In this document: one piece after another, positions 59,316-64,000 of the stretch
Numbering within the stretch: position 1 is the first letter of the stretch
How the letters are laid out: each line of letters starts with the position of its first letter
Assembly: GCA_943704425.1 (NCBI GenBank)
Contig: CALSCP010000216.1
Coordinates: 62,001 to 126,000 of the forward strand
Direction: 5' to 3'
Length of the DNA stretch: 64,000 bases
Source of the DNA: Ministeria vibrans ATCC 50519
Taxonomy: Eukaryota > Protista > Filasterea
Notes under the pieces: generated by a model
The model's database searches: none
What the model saw: the letters and a program-made list of their open reading frames with translations, nothing else
Told to the model about the DNA's origin: nothing
Made by a program: the position numbers and the translations under genes

Positions 59316-59677
59316 ATGCTCTCTCGCATTTCCGCTGTTCGATCGGTCATCCCTCGTAAGGGTTCAATCACTTATATATATATATTTATATACAAAAACG
59401 GCCCTTCTCTTTGTCTGCCTCCACCGGCACTCCAAATGGACACGCTGTACACGTTGAGAGTTGACTAAACGCCGCTGCCGCGCGGCCTGTGCTGTGCGTT
59501 GCCTTGCAGATGTGGGCCGCCAGATGAGCAGTGCTGCTGAAAACCTTGCGTCGACGCGCTCCGCCTTACTAATCAACTCCGAGACCAAGGTCATCTGCCA
59601 GGGCTTTACCGGACGCCAGGTATGTCTTGCAAAATGTCTCACGATGGCGACCAAAAGAGCGAGAGAGAAAGGAGAAG

Positions 59678-59710
<33 letters not shown>

Positions 59711-60864
59711 CATCAGAAAAGCTGACCATCGCAACCGTCACTCTATAGGGCACGCTTCACAGCAGAGAGGCCATTGCATACGGCACCAAGATGGTTGGAG
59801 GGGTTTCGCCCAACAAGGGGGGCCAGGAACACCTTGGACTGCCTGTGTTCAACACGGTTGCCGAGGCTAAACAGGCCACACAGTGCGACGCGTCTGTCAT
59901 CTACGTTCCACCGCCCAGGGCCGCCGACGCAGTGCTGCAGGCGATCAGCGAAGAGATCCCGCTCGTCGTGTGTATCACGGAAGGAATCCCACAGCTCGAC
60001 ATGGTGCGCGTAAAGCACGCGCTCAGCACCCAGACCAAAACCCGCCTCATCGGCCCCAACTGTCCCGGTATGCCATGCCGCGCCAACCGTCTCTCTACTT
60101 TCTTCTCAAGACTCTTTTACACTTCTCTTTATTTCCTTATGTGTCTCATTTTGATTCTTTGTCTCCCTTTTCTCCATCACTCTCCATCGTCTCCATCACC
60201 ACTATTAATTAATTAATTCTATAACTAATAATAATAATACTTATTATTATTATCATTCTTCTTTTGTCCCGCCCGCTTTCTCTGTCGTGCTTAGGAATCA
60301 TTGCTCCTGAACAGTGCAAGATTGGCATTATGCCTGGCTTCATCCACAAACGCGGCAACATTGGCATTGTGTCGCGTTCGGGCACACTCACGTACGAGGC
60401 TGTTGCGCAGACGACCGCCGCGGGACTGGGTCAGTCCTTGTGTGTTGGCATTGGCGGAGATCCCTTCAACGGCACCAACTTCATCGACTGCCTTGACATC
60501 TTCATTAAGGATCCCGACACGAAAGGTGAGCCAATCGGACATCACTTCATCCCTTTCGGTGCGTCCCTCATTTCTCCGTTATTGTGTTTCAGGAATCGTC
60601 CTCATTGGTGAGATCGGAGGCAGTGCCGAGGAGGAGGCCGCTGAGTTCCTGATCGCCATGAAGAATACCAAACCGGTGGTGTCTTTCATTGCGGGTGTGA
60701 CAGCACCCCCCGGTCGCCGCATGGGTCATGCAGGCGCCATCATTAGCGGCGGCAAGGGAGGCACTGCCGCCAAGATTGCTGCTCTCCAGGCGGCCGGTGT
60801 TCACGTGGTTGACTCGCCTGCCGACATGGGCAAGGCTATGGCGGCGAAAATGGCCGCGCTCTGA
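59316..60864 (+). CDS. SUCLG1: Succinyl-CoA ligase alpha subunit, mitochondrial
   Basis: Presequence [13 protein letters not shown]; [64 protein letters not shown]. Confidence 0.98.
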
Positions 60865-61288
60865 GAAAGTAAAAATGCATCAAATTAATTTTGTTGCTTT
60901 CAGTAAAGGGAAGAGACAAGAAGGATGAAACGGATGTATTTTGGGACAGAAGATGAGCTGGCCAATTAGAATCACTGAACATACACCATTTTATTCCTTT
61001 CACGTCGTTTCAGTAGGTTTCTGTGATGCAAGGTACAAGATGACTGAATGAATAGGAATAAATGAAGTGAAATTTTTTACTCAAGAAGATGAAAATATAA
61101 GACCCACGATTAAGAATTTAGTATAAATAGTATTAGCATTTACTCACCATTTAGCGATTAGCGAAGAATACACCAATTTACAATGCTTTCACCATACACT
61201 CGCCCACCACCAAGAAAAATCAAACAAATGAAGAAAATTGATTAGATTTCATTTCCAAATTTTCCTAAATAAAACTTTTTTAACTGAA

Positions 61289-63709
61289 ATGTTCGGCGCG
61301 ATGGCAGGCCCGCGCCGCATTGGGTCTGAGCAGATCAAATGGGCCAAACATTTGGAGACGCTGATGCGGGCGGGACGCTCCGAGACGGGACTTTCGCGGC
61401 ACACGGGACGGACACGACTGCTGCTGCGCACGACGACGCCCGACATCAGCAGAACCTTCATTGGGCCCGTCACAGCACAGATCGAGCGTCTCACCCACCA
61501 TGGCTACTCTCCGCCCAACGTCAACGACTCCATTGCCTCCTACTGCGACGCCCTCACCGCCTACTATCCAACTGCGAAGTTTTCTCTCCAAGACTTGTCC
61601 AACATCTCACCGCTTGTCGCCCGATCCGTCTATCAGACGCGCCCCGTCCTCCTCGACCACATTTCAACCACCTTTGTTCGTCTCATGGCGCGAAGAAGCG
61701 CCAATTGGGCGGTCCAGGGGTCGCTTCCCAGCGAGTTTGTCAAGATTGTCACGAGTTTTGGATTGACCAGCCACGCTCACCAAAGTCTTGTCTACGACGC
61801 CGCCGCTCGCTACATCATTAGCGTTCAAGACACTATTCGGCTTGCGAAGCCCACTCTCAGCCAAAGCGACCGCGACAACACCCACAGTCGCAACAACAAC
61901 GACAGGGACAGCAGCAACAACAAGCCCGCCACCGATCACAATAAGCACAGAAAACACGATGCGCCACGCCAGCGCCAGAACCGCACCGACAAACCCGCCC
62001 CCGCGTCCTATCAATCTGCCACAGTCGAGGATGTCGTAGCTCTCGTTCATGCGTTCTCCAAGTCGACGGAACACAAGCCCATCGCTGCCATGGAAGTGCT
62101 CGCTCAAATCCTGTGCAAGTGCGACTTGACCAGCCTGAACCCTAAGAACATCCACATGTGCTATGCGGCATTTGCCAACACCTCTCACCTTCCAGCAGAC
62201 AACAGCACATCGTACTTCCCCAAGATCCGCGCCCGCTGCATTGAAGCAGGCAAGCGCCTGTCAGGCGAAGCCGGCCTGCGCATGGTTGGCGTGGCAAATT
62301 TCCACAACCTCGTCGACGACGTGTCACAGATGCTTGGCAGCGCCCTTCCTCGCTTCAAACTTACCGAAGGTTTCCTTGTGCGGATTTGGGATTTTGGCTG
62401 CTCCAAAGATCTCACCGTCCAGCAGTTGGAGCTGCTTCGCGTCGAGTTTCGCACGAGACTACAGGCGCGTGACGACGATGCCGCTGCCGCACTGCTCCTC
62501 TTTGTCACTCGCAGACAGCGGCATGCCATCGCCGCAGACATTATCGCCGAGATCCAACGGCGAGGCGATCCCAAGCTCCTGTCAGTCCTCCTACTCTCGT
62601 CGGCTGCACACTTGACAGCCAACGCGCCTGCGGCGAGTAACTCTTCTGTCGACACCACCAGTGTATACGATGCCATTGCGGACCACCCAAAGCTGCGAGC
62701 GAACAGGTTGTCTGCAATACCCCTCTACCACGCTGCCACTGCGTTGGCCCATGTCCATCACCCACAGACTTGCCGCGTTGCCGCCGACACAGTCGCGGCC
62801 GCCTTGGCCACAGAGCAGATTTACTACCCTTCGATGATCACGTCCATGCTGCGCGCCACTCGCTTTTACAGCCCGGAGCTCATCCACAAGCTAGTTCAGC
62901 ACACGGACGCGGCACCGTTCTTGGTCGAAGCCCTGTCGAACGTCCTTCACGTTTCCGGTATGTTCAGCATCCCCATTCAGCTGCCGGAACGTGTCTACAC
63001 GACATTCAGAAGCGAAATTGCGGACAATTCTCGCGACCCGAATTTCGCGACACACTTTCGGTCCTTCATCAAGACGGCGCACGCCTTTATGAGCCTCAAC
63101 ACGCACGACACGTCCTTGTGGGACAGTGTCGTGACGTTCTTCGAGCGTGGCATTGAGCACGATAATCGCGAGCGGCGATCCGTTCTTATGACCATCTCGA
63201 GCGCCGTCCGCACCTACCTCGAGCAGTCACACGTGCCCGAGACCCAGGCGCTTGCGAATCGCATCCGCTATTCTGAGGAGGCGCTCTCGGTCGTTCTCTT
63301 GCAAGGCTCGCGTGTTCTTGACCCCCCGTTGGAGGCGGTCGACCGCGTTGCGCGCGAATTCCTTGCTGCCGAGCACCCCGACTGTTCCCTGGATGATATT
63401 GTACACGAGCACTTCTGCCCAGCCTCCGCCACCCTCAGCCAAATTGCACTTCCCTCGCGCAAGGTCATTGTCGAAGTGTCGACACCCCAAATGTCCGCTA
63501 TCAACATGCCCGAACTTGCTCTGTCGCGTGTGCTTCTCAAGCTGCGGAGATTGCGAGCCGCTGGCTGGACCGTTCATCATCTTCGAGGTGAGGAGGCCGA
63601 CGGGTCTCTGCGGCTTGCAGGCAAATGGACTGACACGCTCACGTCGATCGATCAATGCCTCCTTCAAGTCAGCGTGCAGGAGGCGAAGGCGGGAAACGAG
63701 AACAAATGA
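61289..63709 (+). CDS. Helical-repeat protein with C-terminal RAP-like domain (FASTK/OPR-like, probable organellar RNA-binding), intronless
   Basis: ~800-aa ORF with a basic N-terminus, helical body and C-terminal IALPSRKVIVEV..LKLRRLRAAGWTVHHL, typical of RAP domains. Confidence 0.6.
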   Translation: MFGAMAGPRRIGSEQIKWAKHLETLMRAGRSETGLSRHTGRTRLLLRTTTPDISRTFIGPVTAQIERLTHHGYSPPNVNDSIASYCDALTAYYPTAKFSLQDLSNISPLVARSVYQTRPVLLDHISTTFVRLMARRSANWAVQGSLPSEFVKIVTSFGLTSHAHQSLVYDAAARYIISVQDTIRLAKPTLSQSDRDNTHSRNNNDRDSSNNKPATDHNKHRKHDAPRQRQNRTDKPAPASYQSATVEDVVALVHAFSKSTEHKPIAAMEVLAQILCKCDLTSLNPKNIHMCYAAFANTSHLPADNSTSYFPKIRARCIEAGKRLSGEAGLRMVGVANFHNLVDDVSQMLGSALPRFKLTEGFLVRIWDFGCSKDLTVQQLELLRVEFRTRLQARDDDAAAALLLFVTRRQRHAIAADIIAEIQRRGDPKLLSVLLLSSAAHLTANAPAASNSSVDTTSVYDAIADHPKLRANRLSAIPLYHAATALAHVHHPQTCRVAADTVAAALATEQIYYPSMITSMLRATRFYSPELIHKLVQHTDAAPFLVEALSNVLHVSGMFSIPIQLPERVYTTFRSEIADNSRDPNFATHFRSFIKTAHAFMSLNTHDTSLWDSVVTFFERGIEHDNRERRSVLMTISSAVRTYLEQSHVPETQALANRIRYSEEALSVVLLQGSRVLDPPLEAVDRVAREFLAAEHPDCSLDDIVHEHFCPASATLSQIALPSRKVIVEVSTPQMSAINMPELALSRVLLKLRRLRAAGWTVHHLRGEEADGSLRLAGKWTDTLTSIDQCLLQVSVQEAKAGNENK

Positions 63710-63742
63710 GCGAGAGACAGAAGAGAGGAACGAGAGAAATGG

Positions 63743-63808
<66 letters not shown>

Positions 63809-64000
63809 GAGACAGTTCAAATTACAACAATAATACTTAAAATGGTATTGTCATAAACGTTTCTGTTGCAATTGAAAAAGAATAATAAGAAAAGTAGTGT
63901 AAAAAACTCCGAACACACTTTGAATAAATTTGATTGTTAACTTACAGAGTTGCAAATGTTGTTCGCTGTGATAACTGATAAGCCAGTCGCTGGCTAACCC

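Overview
Gene-dense, intron-rich eukaryotic DNA with short GT-AG introns, AT-rich spacers, CT/GT microsatellites and two N gaps. The gene set points to a unicellular relative of animals, such as a choanoflagellate- or filasterean-like holozoan. This is inferred from an HRDLAARN tyrosine kinase, a Mondo homolog, a class I PI3K and a TMEM132-type ectodomain. About 20 protein-coding genes can be reconstructed by hand, in this order: Mondo/ChREBP-like factor (5' part only, minus strand, invisible in the ORF track), a multi-pass membrane protein, GPI, class I PI3K, selenoprotein SPS2 (in-frame UGA plus 3' SECIS), RNF123/KPC1, UBAC1/KPC2, NSMCE2, CSTF1, PRPF19, ataxin-3, a ~4,900-aa single-pass receptor, a cytoplasmic tyrosine kinase, DCAF4-like WD40, a Gly-rich double-PH protein, APEH, archease, a front-end fatty-acid desaturase, SUCLG1 and a RAP-domain protein. 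The most striking system is the giant receptor. It has a TMEM132-like cohesin/Ig ectodomain, then a second cohesin, furin sites and a dockerin in tandem (a candidate cleavable, Ca2+-dependent cohesin-dockerin latch). These are followed by Cys-rich/EGF arrays, a TM helix, an NPxY motif and cytoplasmic FN3-like repeats. The gene lies head-to-head with a tyrosine kinase. Also notable: both subunits of the KPC E3 ligase are adjacent tail-to-tail, and two small dispersed repeat families are present. All identifications rest on motif recognition by eye; no searches were run.
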